This document shows, in pieces, positions 1 to 7,790 of a DNA stretch of 42,973 nt. The notes beneath the pieces are model-generated. The model was not told the origin of the DNA. It was given only the letters and a program-made list of their open reading frames with translations, and ran no database searches. The DNA is from Kagunavirus LM08P1: the sequence record OZ035812.1; one strand, given 5' to 3'. A program made the translations under genes and the position numbers. The stretch's first letter is position 1; every line of letters begins with the position of its first letter.

Positions 1-29
1 GTAACAACGAACATGGGTGAGGTAGAGGA

Positions 30-1280
30 ATGAGTATTCAGCTATCCGCACCACAGGCACTGTTCCTGAATTGCGATAACAAATACAAGGCCTATGTCGG
101 AGGCTTCGGTAGCGGCAAGACATTTGTCGGCTGTCTCGACCTGCTTACGTTCATGCTCCGGAACCCGGGTACCCGCCTGGGCTACTTCGGCCCCACCTAC
201 CCGGCTATCCGCGACATCTTCTACCCGACATTCGAGGAAGCGGCTAACCTCCTCGGCCTCGATGTGCTGGTTAAATCTGGCGACAAAGAAGTCGTGGTCA
301 CTCGCGGTAAGACGGTGCTCGGAACTGTTATCTGCCGCTCGATGGATAACCCCGGCTCGATAGTCGGCTTCAAAATCGCGGCTGCGGTCGTGGATGAGCT
401 GGACGTATTGAGCCGTGAGAAAGCCGAGCTGGCGTGGAACAAAATCGTAGCCCGCATGCGTCTGGTTATCCCGGGGGTAATTAACCACATCTCCGTCACC
501 ACGACTCCGGAAGGGTTCAAGTTCGTTTACGCCAAGTTCAAGGAGAACCCGACGCCGAGTTACTCAATGGTGCAGGCGTCCACTCACGAGAACGCCAGAT
601 TCCTGCCGCCGGATTACATTAGCTCGCTGACTGAGACTTACCCGGCGCAACTGATTAACGCGTATCTGAACGGTGAGTTTGTCAACCTGACATCCGGAAG
701 CGTGTATTACGCATACGACCGACGCAAGCACCGCAGCAAAGAGACAATTCAACCGGGCGACACGCTGTACATCGGGCAGGACTTCAACGTTACGAAGAAC
801 GCCAGCGCCGTGTATGTGCAGCGTAAAGATGGATGGCACGCGGTTGCAGAACTGAAGGGCCTGTTCGATACGCCGGACACCGTGCGCGTAATTACCGAGA
901 AGTGGAAGTCACAAGGCCACCGCATCGTCGTTTACCCCGACGCTAGCGGCAAGAACCGTAAGACAAACTCGGCGTCAATCTCTGATATTGCATTACTCCA
1001 GCAGGCGGGTTTCGATGTTCGCGCTAAATCAGCCAACCCACCGGTTAAAGACCGCGTTTTAGCCGTGAACACCGCGCTGGAAAAAGGTAAGCTGTGGGTT
1101 AATGACCACTTATGTCCTGAGATAGCCAAGACGCTGGAACAGCAGGCATACGACGATAACGGAGAGCCGGCTAAAGACGGCGTCATTGACCATATGGCTG
1201 ATGCTCTCGGCTATCCTGTAGTTTATGAGATGCCGGTGGTTAAACCAGTAATCAACATCCCGGTGACTTTCGCACTTTAA
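30..1280 (+). CDS. terminase large subunit (ATPase/nuclease)
   Basis: 416 aa ORF; Walker A-like GGFGSGKT near N-terminus; ATG at 30 overlaps stop of upstream small-terminase frame (ATGA); followed by portal gene. Family assignment from memory (PBSX-like size class). Confidence 0.85.
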   Translation: MSIQLSAPQALFLNCDNKYKAYVGGFGSGKTFVGCLDLLTFMLRNPGTRLGYFGPTYPAIRDIFYPTFEEAANLLGLDVLVKSGDKEVVVTRGKTVLGTVICRSMDNPGSIVGFKIAAAVVDELDVLSREKAELAWNKIVARMRLVIPGVINHISVTTTPEGFKFVYAKFKENPTPSYSMVQASTHENARFLPPDYISSLTETYPAQLINAYLNGEFVNLTSGSVYYAYDRRKHRSKETIQPGDTLYIGQDFNVTKNASAVYVQRKDGWHAVAELKGLFDTPDTVRVITEKWKSQGHRIVVYPDASGKNRKTNSASISDIALLQQAGFDVRAKSANPPVKDRVLAVNTALEKGKLWVNDHLCPEIAKTLEQQAYDDNGEPAKDGVIDHMADALGYPVVYEMPVVKPVINIPVTFAL

Positions 1281-1292
1281 GAGGATTATTAA

Positions 1293-2768
1293 ATGTTAAC
1301 TATGAACGGTCAGAATCAGGGTGTTAAGACAAAACACCGGGAATGGCTGCATCACTTCGATAAATGGCAGAAGGTACGCCACGCGCTGGAAGGCGACCTT
1401 ATTCGCTATCTGCGCAACGTCGGGAAGAACGAACCTGACCCGACCTACGCAGCCCAGCGCCAGGAAGAATACGAGAACGGTGCTATCTGTTACAACTTCA
1501 CTAAACGTACCCTGGCGGGGATGACGGGGTCAGTGATGCGCAAAGACCCTGAGCAGATTATCCCGCCTGAACTTGAGTACCTGTTGCACAACGCTGACGG
1601 TTCGGGTGTAGGGCTGTGGCAGCACGCGCAGGATACGTTAATGGAGATTGACTCGATAGGACGCGGTGGGTTGCTGGTGGATGCCCCGGAAACAGCCGCA
1701 GCAACGGCGGCAGAGCAGAACGCGGGATTATTAAACCCGGTAATCGCATTCTATACCGCGGAGAACATTATCAACTGGAGACTCACCCGCATCGGTTCAG
1801 TGAACCGCGTGACGATGGTTGTATTGCGTGAGGCATGGGAATACTCGGAACCAGGCGCTGAGTTTGAAACAAAATTCGGCGAGCAATACCGCGTCCTTGA
1901 CCTGATTGACGGTCGCTACCGCCAGCGCATCTACCGCTTCGATGCCGAAGGTGGCGCACAGGATGAAGTAATCGAAATCTTCCCGGAACTCGGCGAACAG
2001 TTGCGCGGTAAAATCCCGTTCACGTTCATTGGCGCAAGCAACAACGACGCCACTATAGACGATGCGCCTTTACTGCCGTTAGCTGAGCTAAATATAGGAC
2101 ACTTCAGAAATTCGGCCGATGTGGAAGAGGCCAGCTTTATAGTAGGTCAACCGACACTGTTCATTGCCCCCGGCGAGAACATGAGCATGGAGCAGTGGAA
2201 AGAAGCCAACCCACACGGCATACGCATGGGGTCGCGTTCAGGCCACAACATCGGCTCCGGCGGAAATGCGTTTCTGGTTCAGGCGGCGGAAACTAACCTC
2301 GCCAAACAGAATATGCTGGATAAAGAGAATCAGGCCATCCAGATTGGCGCGCAGCTTATCACCCCGACGCAGCAAATCACCGCGGAATCGGCCCGCCTGC
2401 AACGCGGCGCCGACACGTCAGTCATGGCAACAATCGCACGTAACGTAAGCATGGCGTATACCGATGCGTTGCGCTGGGTGGCCGCGATGCTAGGGCTGCG
2501 TGAGGATACTGAAATTGAGTTCAAGCTGAATATGGAGTTCTTCCTGCAACCTATGACCGCTCAGGACCGTGCACAGTGGATGGCTGACATTAACGCAGGC
2601 CTGTTACCGGCTACTGCTTACTATGCTGCGTTGCGTAAGGCTGGCGTAACTGACTGGACCGACGAAGACATTCAGAACGCTATTGAAGACGCGCCGCTGC
2701 CGTTAGGCGCTGTTACTCAGGTGGCGGGAGAGATTCCGCAGTCGGCGCAGCAACAACAATCGGAGTAG
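1293..2768 (+). CDS. portal protein
   Basis: 491 aa ORF immediately after terminase large subunit; RBS GAGGA upstream; position and size typical of portal; no motif-level proof. Confidence 0.7.
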   Translation: MLTMNGQNQGVKTKHREWLHHFDKWQKVRHALEGDLIRYLRNVGKNEPDPTYAAQRQEEYENGAICYNFTKRTLAGMTGSVMRKDPEQIIPPELEYLLHNADGSGVGLWQHAQDTLMEIDSIGRGGLLVDAPETAAATAAEQNAGLLNPVIAFYTAENIINWRLTRIGSVNRVTMVVLREAWEYSEPGAEFETKFGEQYRVLDLIDGRYRQRIYRFDAEGGAQDEVIEIFPELGEQLRGKIPFTFIGASNNDATIDDAPLLPLAELNIGHFRNSADVEEASFIVGQPTLFIAPGENMSMEQWKEANPHGIRMGSRSGHNIGSGGNAFLVQAAETNLAKQNMLDKENQAIQIGAQLITPTQQITAESARLQRGADTSVMATIARNVSMAYTDALRWVAAMLGLREDTEIEFKLNMEFFLQPMTAQDRAQWMADINAGLLPATAYYAALRKAGVTDWTDEDIQNAIEDAPLPLGAVTQVAGEIPQSAQQQQSE

Positions 2769-2773
2769 AGAAA

Positions 2774-2804
2774 AAGGCCCCGTTATGGGGCCTTATTTTT
2801 ATTT
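2774..2804. terminator. intrinsic terminator hairpin (bidirectional)
   Basis: GGCCCCG-TTAT-GGGGCC hairpin flanked by A-run upstream and T-run downstream, between convergent portal (+) and 2799..3083 (-). Confidence 0.6.
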
Positions 2805-3083
2805 CTTTCCTAATGCTTTCTTGATTGCTCTGTTGGCCCGATTTAATGGATGGTCTTCATGGCAATCATCAGAAGATACTGCACAAACATCCTCGACGTA
2901 ATCGCGAAGCTGGCGAAGTGCTTCAAGTAACTCGGGTGCCGAGGTGATAAGTTTTGCGTTAGCTAATTTTACGGAGTCCTTTTCCCGCATACTCATTACC
3001 TCGGCCACATAAACGTCCCCCGCCCAGATAGCTGTTCCGTGATTAACCCATGCGCCGTCTGTACCTTTAAATTTGTGTGTCAT
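2799..3083 (-). CDS. hypothetical protein (opposite-strand gene in head module; possibly Ead/Ea22-like, motif APELLEAL recalled from memory)
   Basis: 94 aa ORF on minus strand with RBS AGGAGG upstream of ATG at 3083; own promoter element at 3107..3139; terminator at its 3' end. Confidence 0.55.
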   Translation of the reverse strand: MTHKFKGTDGAWVNHGTAIWAGDVYVAEVMSMREKDSVKLANAKLITSAPELLEALRQLRDYVEDVCAVSSDDCHEDHPLNRANRAIKKALGKK

Positions 3084-3106
3084 TTTTAACCTCCTGTTTA
3101 AGTTAA

Positions 3107-3139
3107 CTGAATAGTACCCTATTATATTGGTGTCTGCAA
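3107..3139 (-). promoter_or_regulatory. sigma70-like promoter with palindromic operator-like core (family 1), minus-directed
   Basis: Minus strand reads TTGCAG-N17-TACTAT with TATAATAGGG inside spacer; core TGAATAG-N4-CTATT inverted repeat; sits 24 nt upstream of minus gene start 3083. Confidence 0.55.
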
Positions 3140-3183
3140 ATATTATTTTTATGCGTTACACTGGCGATACTACAGGAGGGCAC

Positions 3184-4227
3184 ATGAGCTTACTTACATC
3201 CCTAATCAGCCACCAGATATGGCTGCAACGCACCGCATCCGGTGAAGTGAAAGACCTTGCGCCGTTTCTTCAGGAAATGCGGGACGAAATCAAACGGCAG
3301 GTCCTGTTATTCGGTGACGACGGGCGAAGCACTGCGCGACTGAATAAACTGTTGCGCGACCTCGAAGAAGCACTAACCGGACTTACCGGTGACTGGCAAA
3401 CAAAGCTGACAGAAGACCTTAAGGAGCTGGCAGCGTATGAGGCTGAGTGGAACACAAAGACACTGGCCGCCAACGTAAATGCGGAATTTGTTACGCCTAC
3501 TGCCGAGCAAGTGTGGGCCGCCGCCGAGTTTCAACCCTTATCATTAAGCGACAAACCTGTCGATTTCACTAAGCTGATGGATGGCTGGGGTGAAACCGAA
3601 GTCGCGCGCCTGGTAACTGGCGTTAAGATGGGCTTTGTCCAAGGCCAGACGACACGGCAGATTGTTAAGAATGTTGTTGGCGCTGGTGGACTAGCCGACA
3701 TCTCAGAACGTAACGCGACTACGGTAATCCGCACCGCGCTGTCCCACGTATCCAACGAGGCCCGTAACGAGACGTACCGCCAGAACGACAACATCATCGA
3801 GAAGTACGAGTGGGTGTCAACGCTTGACAGCCGCACCAGTACGATTTGCAGGGTCAGAGACGGGATGACGTGGGAAATTGGTAAGGGGCCGATGCCCCCA
3901 GCCCATCCGAACTGCCGGTCGTGCACGGCTCCGGTAATCAGTTCCGAGTTCGACTTCCTCGATAAAGGCGCAAAACGCGCGGCTAAAGGAGCGGACGGCG
4001 GTACTCAGGTAAGCACGGACACCACCTATTACGAGTTCCTTAAACAACAACCGGCGTGGTTTCAGGACCAGGCGCTCGGCCCGGTGCGAGGTAAGATTTT
4101 CCGTAACAGCGGTATATCGCCGGAAGAGTTTCGCGTAATATCTGTAGATGGTTTCGGGAATCCGCTCACGCTTAAGCAGATGGCGGAACTCGATAAACGT
4201 GTTGCTGATTATCTGAAAGGGGAATAA
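3184..4227 (+). CDS. head morphogenesis / minor head protein (Mu F / SPP1 gp7-like)
   Basis: ORF frame 3127..4227; most likely start ATG 3184 preceded by AGGAGGG; C-terminal region with conserved Cys/His pattern (STICRVRDG...PPAHPNCRSC) recalled as Mu F-like; position after portal. Confidence 0.65.
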   Translation: MSLLTSLISHQIWLQRTASGEVKDLAPFLQEMRDEIKRQVLLFGDDGRSTARLNKLLRDLEEALTGLTGDWQTKLTEDLKELAAYEAEWNTKTLAANVNAEFVTPTAEQVWAAAEFQPLSLSDKPVDFTKLMDGWGETEVARLVTGVKMGFVQGQTTRQIVKNVVGAGGLADISERNATTVIRTALSHVSNEARNETYRQNDNIIEKYEWVSTLDSRTSTICRVRDGMTWEIGKGPMPPAHPNCRSCTAPVISSEFDFLDKGAKRAAKGADGGTQVSTDTTYYEFLKQQPAWFQDQALGPVRGKIFRNSGISPEEFRVISVDGFGNPLTLKQMAELDKRVADYLKGE

Positions 4228-4688
4228 TGATGGGCTTTTTCAAAGTAACTGATGTACCTTCACGTCGCGTAGTCCAGTACGCCCGCGTGTCTGGCTCTGG
4301 CGAGAACGTGACCTACGTTGAGGATGAAAGTGTACTGGGTGAACCCGTAGACGAGATGCCATATGCGGATAAAACCGGTATCGCGCTGACGGCGGCAGGT
4401 ATGCTCTATGAGATTCCGTATCTGGCAGATGCTGGCGACGTGTATTTCTCGGTACAACCGCGGGACACGGAACTGGCTGACGGCAGCGCAGCTATCACTG
4501 TCGAAGTTAAAGCGGGTAAAGCGCCATATACGCTGACCTGGTACAAAGACGGGAAGGAAGTGGTAAACGCCCCGGAAGAGGCTTTGTCCCTGACGGTTAA
4601 CGCGACCGGCGAATACTTCGTTAAAGTTACTGATGCCGATGGTGTAGAGGCGGTGAGTAAAGCGGCGAAGGTTACTAAGCCAGAATGA
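4227..4688 (+). CDS. Ig-like domain protein (possible capsid-associated)
   Basis: 153 aa; C-terminal segment with alternating beta-strand pattern PYTLTWYKDGKEV...GEYFVKVTDADG resembling Ig-like (I-set) domains; start overlaps previous stop (TAATG). Confidence 0.5.
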   Translation: MMGFFKVTDVPSRRVVQYARVSGSGENVTYVEDESVLGEPVDEMPYADKTGIALTAAGMLYEIPYLADAGDVYFSVQPRDTELADGSAAITVEVKAGKAPYTLTWYKDGKEVVNAPEEALSLTVNATGEYFVKVTDADGVEAVSKAAKVTKPE

Positions 4689-4691
4689 TAA

Positions 4692-4720
4692 GAGGCCCCA
4701 TAATGGGGCCTTAGATTTTT
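4692..4720 (+). terminator. intrinsic terminator hairpin
   Basis: GGCCCCA-TAA-TGGGGCC hairpin followed by T-rich run TTAGATTTTT. Confidence 0.55.
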
Positions 4721-5025
4721 CCTATTAGATTTTTAATTCTGTCGCGTTCTATTCTTTTCCCTTCTTCTACTCCCTCATTGAAGTATCTTTCTACATCATC
4801 CTTATTGACCTTACGAACTGCTGCGCCCTCTTTATATAGCTCTTGATTGTCGCGCAATACCTTAATCTTAGCGATTATTTCATTAAAAGGTGCGTCAGCA
4901 CGTATTTTGAGCATAGACCTTACCTGTTCTACGAACCATGCAAAATTAGGCTTTTTTGATAATTTCTCTCTTAAAACAGCGTTCTCTTGTTCCGCTTTTG
5001 TGGCGCGAGCACGATAATCAATCAT
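4711..5025 (-). CDS. hypothetical protein (opposite-strand, AT-rich gene in head module)
   Basis: 104 aa ORF on minus strand, lysine/glutamate rich; ATG at 5025; promoter element at 5063..5095; visibly more AT-rich than flanking structural genes. Confidence 0.55.
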   Translation of the reverse strand: MIDYRARATKAEQENAVLREKLSKKPNFAWFVEQVRSMLKIRADAPFNEIIAKIKVLRDNQELYKEGAAVRKVNKDDVERYFNEGVEEGKRIERDRIKNLIGKI

Positions 5026-5062
5026 TTTAGCAAACCTCTATCTTCATTAAACAGCACCAATA

Positions 5063-5095
5063 ACTGAATAGTACCCTATTATATCGGGGCATGTA
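5063..5095 (-). promoter_or_regulatory. sigma70-like promoter with palindromic operator-like core (family 1), minus-directed
   Basis: Minus strand reads TTACAT-N17-TACTAT with TATAATAGGG in spacer; nearly identical to elements at 3107, 14187, 36341, 37776. Confidence 0.55.
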
Positions 5096-5111
5096 AACTA
5101 TTTATTTACGT

Positions 5112-5162
5112 ATTCCAGTTATTCCACTCAATTGTAAATGTTGGAATAAACTATTCGAATAG
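5112..5162 (+). promoter_or_regulatory. cluster of GGAAT/ATTCC motifs and 12-bp palindrome CTATTCGAATAG immediately upstream of promoter
   Basis: ATTCC at 5112 and 5121, GGAAT at 5143, perfect palindrome CTATTCGAATAG 5151..5162 abutting the -35 hexamer at 5163. Confidence 0.35.
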
Positions 5163-5191
5163 TTGACTTTTCACTAAAAATGTGCTAAGCT
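5163..5191 (+). promoter_or_regulatory. sigma70-like promoter (TTGACT-N17-TAAGCT, extended -10 TG) driving structured RNA element A
   Basis: -35 TTGACT 5163..5168, 17-nt spacer, -10 TAAGCT 5186..5191 with TG two nt upstream; same hexamers and spacing at 36032..36060 while spacer sequence differs. Confidence 0.55.
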
Positions 5192-5197
5192 CCACCT

Positions 5198-5397
5198 GAG
5201 CTTGTGAAGTATGAACAAGCGACCGCGGCGCGGGCAGGTAACGGAGCGGGACGTAAGTCCTGAGTGTAGTTACGCTGACGCGTTCGGAAGGGCCATACTC
5301 TATTGCTTGTGTAAAAAGTAACTGGTTTACTGAGATTACGCCGTTTCTATGTTTAAATGATAAGGACTAGCGCCCCGCTTTATGGCGGGGCTTTACT
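5198..5397 (+). ncRNA. candidate structured noncoding RNA / leader element, copy A (unidentified family)
   Basis: About 200 nt between promoter and terminator hairpin (5371..5391 + T-run); shares conserved blocks with copy B (36067..36300) with hairpin-preserving substitutions; no reading frame conserved between copies. Confidence 0.5.
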
Positions 5398-5415
5398 TAT
5401 CGAGAAAGGAGAAAC

Positions 5416-5802
5416 ATGAATCTTAAAGCAACTGTCGTAGCAGGAGCATGTTTCATCATCCTGTTATACACGCACGGCTACTATCAATACCGCAGCGGCT
5501 GGAACGGAGGCAGGGCTAATCTAGTTTCGCAGCAACAGCAGAAAGCACAGGCTGAGTTAGCGAAGAAAACACAACGGCAGCAGCAGGACGAATCAAAGGC
5601 CGCCGCCGCTGACAACGAAGGCAAGACGAAATCAGAGGTGATTACCCGTGAAGTCGTTAAGTACATTAAAACGCCTGGCCGCAGCGTGTGCACTTTCGAC
5701 GATGCTCGCGTCCTGCTCAAGTCCCGCGCCGTCGCAAACGCCAATTCCATCCCCGGATACGACGATGATGCAGCCGCCGTGCAAACTGGCTCCGCCAAGT
5801 AG
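5416..5802 (+). CDS. putative inner-membrane spanin (Rz-like)
   Basis: 128 aa; N-terminal hydrophobic helix (VVAGACFIILLY), Q/K/A-rich predicted coiled region; contains overlapping out-of-frame lipoprotein ORF, the classic Rz/Rz1 architecture. Confidence 0.5.
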   Translation: MNLKATVVAGACFIILLYTHGYYQYRSGWNGGRANLVSQQQQKAQAELAKKTQRQQQDESKAAAADNEGKTKSEVITREVVKYIKTPGRSVCTFDDARVLLKSRAVANANSIPGYDDDAAAVQTGSAK

Positions 5803-5911
5803 CGACGCCGACGAGGATTTAGCTATCGACGTTCAGAACGCCGAATGCGTACGGCAACTGCGCCTGAAGGTGTTCATGTTGCAGGATTACGTGAGGAATA
5901 TTCTGGAATAG
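5648..5911 (+). CDS. putative outer-membrane lipoprotein spanin (Rz1-like), overlapping in +1 frame
   Basis: GTG start with RBS GAGGTGA; signal peptide ending in lipobox LASC; proline-rich mature region (SPAPSQTPIPSPD...QPPCKLAPP); starts inside 5416..5802 in a different frame and extends beyond it. Confidence 0.5.
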   Translation: MKSLSTLKRLAAACALSTMLASCSSPAPSQTPIPSPDTTMMQPPCKLAPPSSDADEDLAIDVQNAECVRQLRLKVFMLQDYVRNILE

Positions 5912-5993
5912 TTGCCTTGCATGTTGGAATAATTTATTCTTGACATGTAAATCCGGGTGGCCCGGATTCCAACGTCCAGGGGACATACTGACT

Positions 5994-6695
5994 ATGAATC
6001 GTTTTTTACGTTATCCGTTCCAGGAAGAAGCTGGAACAGAAGATAAATCCGGTGGCGGTGACGCGCCGAAAATGTTCACCGCTGAAGAAGTTCAGGCGCT
6101 GATTGAGAAAGAAGTTGCCGGGCTTAAGGCTAATCAGGAAGCATTGCTGGCAGAGAAGAAAGAAGCCGCCCGTAAAGCAAAAGAGGCTGAAGAAGAACGG
6201 CAGCGCGCGCACCAGGAGGCATTAAAAGCCGCCGGTAAGATGGACGAGTTCGAAAAAACGATTCGTAGCCAGTATGACCCGGTGTTAGCCGAGAAAGATG
6301 GCCGCATCTCCAGAATGGCGGAGCGCATCCTCGGCAGCGAACGTAAAGCGGTGTTAGGCTCTTTCGCAGGTGATTTCATCACACCGGAAGCAGTAGACAT
6401 TCTTGCTCCGTTCGTTAAGACTGAGTTCGAAGGCGATGACGTGGTTACTAAGTTTGTAGGCGCAGACGGCAATGTAATCACGACTGACCCGGAACAGTTC
6501 CGCAAATACCTGCGGGAACACAAAGCATTTTCGCATTTGATTAAAGCAAATGCAGCTTCCGGCGGCGGGGCTTCCGGTAGCAAAGGCGGCGGGGCCGCAC
6601 CAGCGTTTAAAGACATGAGTGAAGCGGAGCGTTTAGCTCTGTATAAATCGAACCCTGCCGAATTTGAACGGCAACTTAAAGCCCTGAGGAAATAA
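5994..6695 (+). CDS. scaffolding protein
   Basis: ORF frame opens at 5940 (TTG); first ATG at 5994; highly charged K/E/A-rich predicted coiled coil; directly precedes major capsid gene. Confidence 0.55.
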   Translation: MNRFLRYPFQEEAGTEDKSGGGDAPKMFTAEEVQALIEKEVAGLKANQEALLAEKKEAARKAKEAEEERQRAHQEALKAAGKMDEFEKTIRSQYDPVLAEKDGRISRMAERILGSERKAVLGSFAGDFITPEAVDILAPFVKTEFEGDDVVTKFVGADGNVITTDPEQFRKYLREHKAFSHLIKANAASGGGASGSKGGGAAPAFKDMSEAERLALYKSNPAEFERQLKALRK

Positions 6696-6697
6696 TA

Positions 6698-7747
6698 ATG
6701 GCAATTACCACTATCGGCGATATCGTAACTGGCAACATCCCGGTCCTGGCGTCTTATATGACCGAGGACCCGGTAGAAAAAACCGCGTTCTTCCAGTCTG
6801 GTATTCTGACCCCGACTCCATACGCTGCCGAGATTGCCCGCGGCCCGTCCAACGTCGCTAATATTCCTTTCTGGAAAGCGATTGATACTTCTATCGAGCC
6901 TAACTACTCGAACGACGTATACCAGGACATCGCCACCCCGCGTAACGTGCAGACCGGCGAGATGATGGCCCGCGTTGCATACCTGAACGAAGGCTTCGGA
7001 CAGGCGGACCTGACTGTCGAACTGACCAGCCAGAACCCGCTGCAATCCGTAGCGTCCCGTCTGGACAACTTCTGGCAGCGCCAGGCACAACGCCGTCTGA
7101 TTGCTACCGCGCTTGGTCTGTACAACGACAACGTAGCCGCTACCGACGCTTACCACGAGCAGAATGACATGGTAATCGACGTGTCTGCTACTCTGGGCTT
7201 CGATGCGGGCGCGTTCATCGACGCTACCCAGACTATGGGTGATGCGCTGATTGGCAACGGCGGTGAAGTGCTGGGTGCTATCGCGATGCACAGCTTCGTA
7301 TATGCGCAGGCCCGTAAGCAGCAGCTTATTGACTTCATCCGTGACGCTGACAACAACACCATGTTTGCCACCTACCAGGGCTACCGCGTGATTGTTGATG
7401 ACAGCATGACTGTAGTTGGCACCGGCTCAAGCCGTAAGTTCATCTCCATCATCTTCGGTAACGGCGCTATCGGTTACGGTGAAGGTAACCCGTCCAACCC
7501 GCTGGAATACGAGCGCGAAGCGTCTCGCGGTAACGGTGGTGGTGTCGAAACCCTGTGGACCCGTAAGACCTGGTTGCTGCACCCACTGGGCTACAGCTTC
7601 ACCAGCGCGGTAATCACCGGTAACGGCACCGAGACTATCGCACGTTCTGCTTCCTGGCAGGACCTGGCGAACGCCTCCAACTGGAACCGTGTGGTTGAAC
7701 GTAAGCACGTACCGATTGCCTTCCTGGTAACTGGTGTAGGTGCTTAA
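6698..7747 (+). CDS. major capsid protein
   Basis: 349 aa ORF with RBS GAGGAA; follows scaffold; followed by strong terminator; codon usage typical of highly expressed structural gene. Fold not verifiable here. Confidence 0.7.
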   Translation: MAITTIGDIVTGNIPVLASYMTEDPVEKTAFFQSGILTPTPYAAEIARGPSNVANIPFWKAIDTSIEPNYSNDVYQDIATPRNVQTGEMMARVAYLNEGFGQADLTVELTSQNPLQSVASRLDNFWQRQAQRRLIATALGLYNDNVAATDAYHEQNDMVIDVSATLGFDAGAFIDATQTMGDALIGNGGEVLGAIAMHSFVYAQARKQQLIDFIRDADNNTMFATYQGYRVIVDDSMTVVGTGSSRKFISIIFGNGAIGYGEGNPSNPLEYEREASRGNGGGVETLWTRKTWLLHPLGYSFTSAVITGNGTETIARSASWQDLANASNWNRVVERKHVPIAFLVTGVGA

Positions 7748-7763
7748 GGTTAAGCTATAATCG

Positions 7764-7790
7764 AGAGGGACTTCGGTCCCTCTTTTCATT
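7764..7790 (+). terminator. intrinsic terminator
   Basis: GAGGGAC-TTCG-GTCCCTC hairpin followed by TTTTCATTT, 17 nt after capsid stop. Confidence 0.65.

Noticed and set aside
5211-5321. 36-codon ORF (MNKRPRRGQVTERDVSPECSYADAFGRAILYCLCKK) inside RNA element A
   Set aside because: In paralogous copy B the ATG is absent and the same frame is closed by a TAG immediately upstream of the conserved block; similarity between copies is at nucleotide level with frame-breaking indels, so a conserved peptide is unlikely.
6134-7291. Long antisense ORF (385 aa) from the track, opposite the scaffold and capsid genes
   Set aside because: Lies entirely antisense to well-supported structural genes, has no RBS and an Arg/Ser-rich composition typical of spurious reverse-frame ORFs in GC-rich coding DNA. 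The same reasoning applies to 11029..11934(-), 15802..16671(-), 16181..16732(-) and similar track entries.
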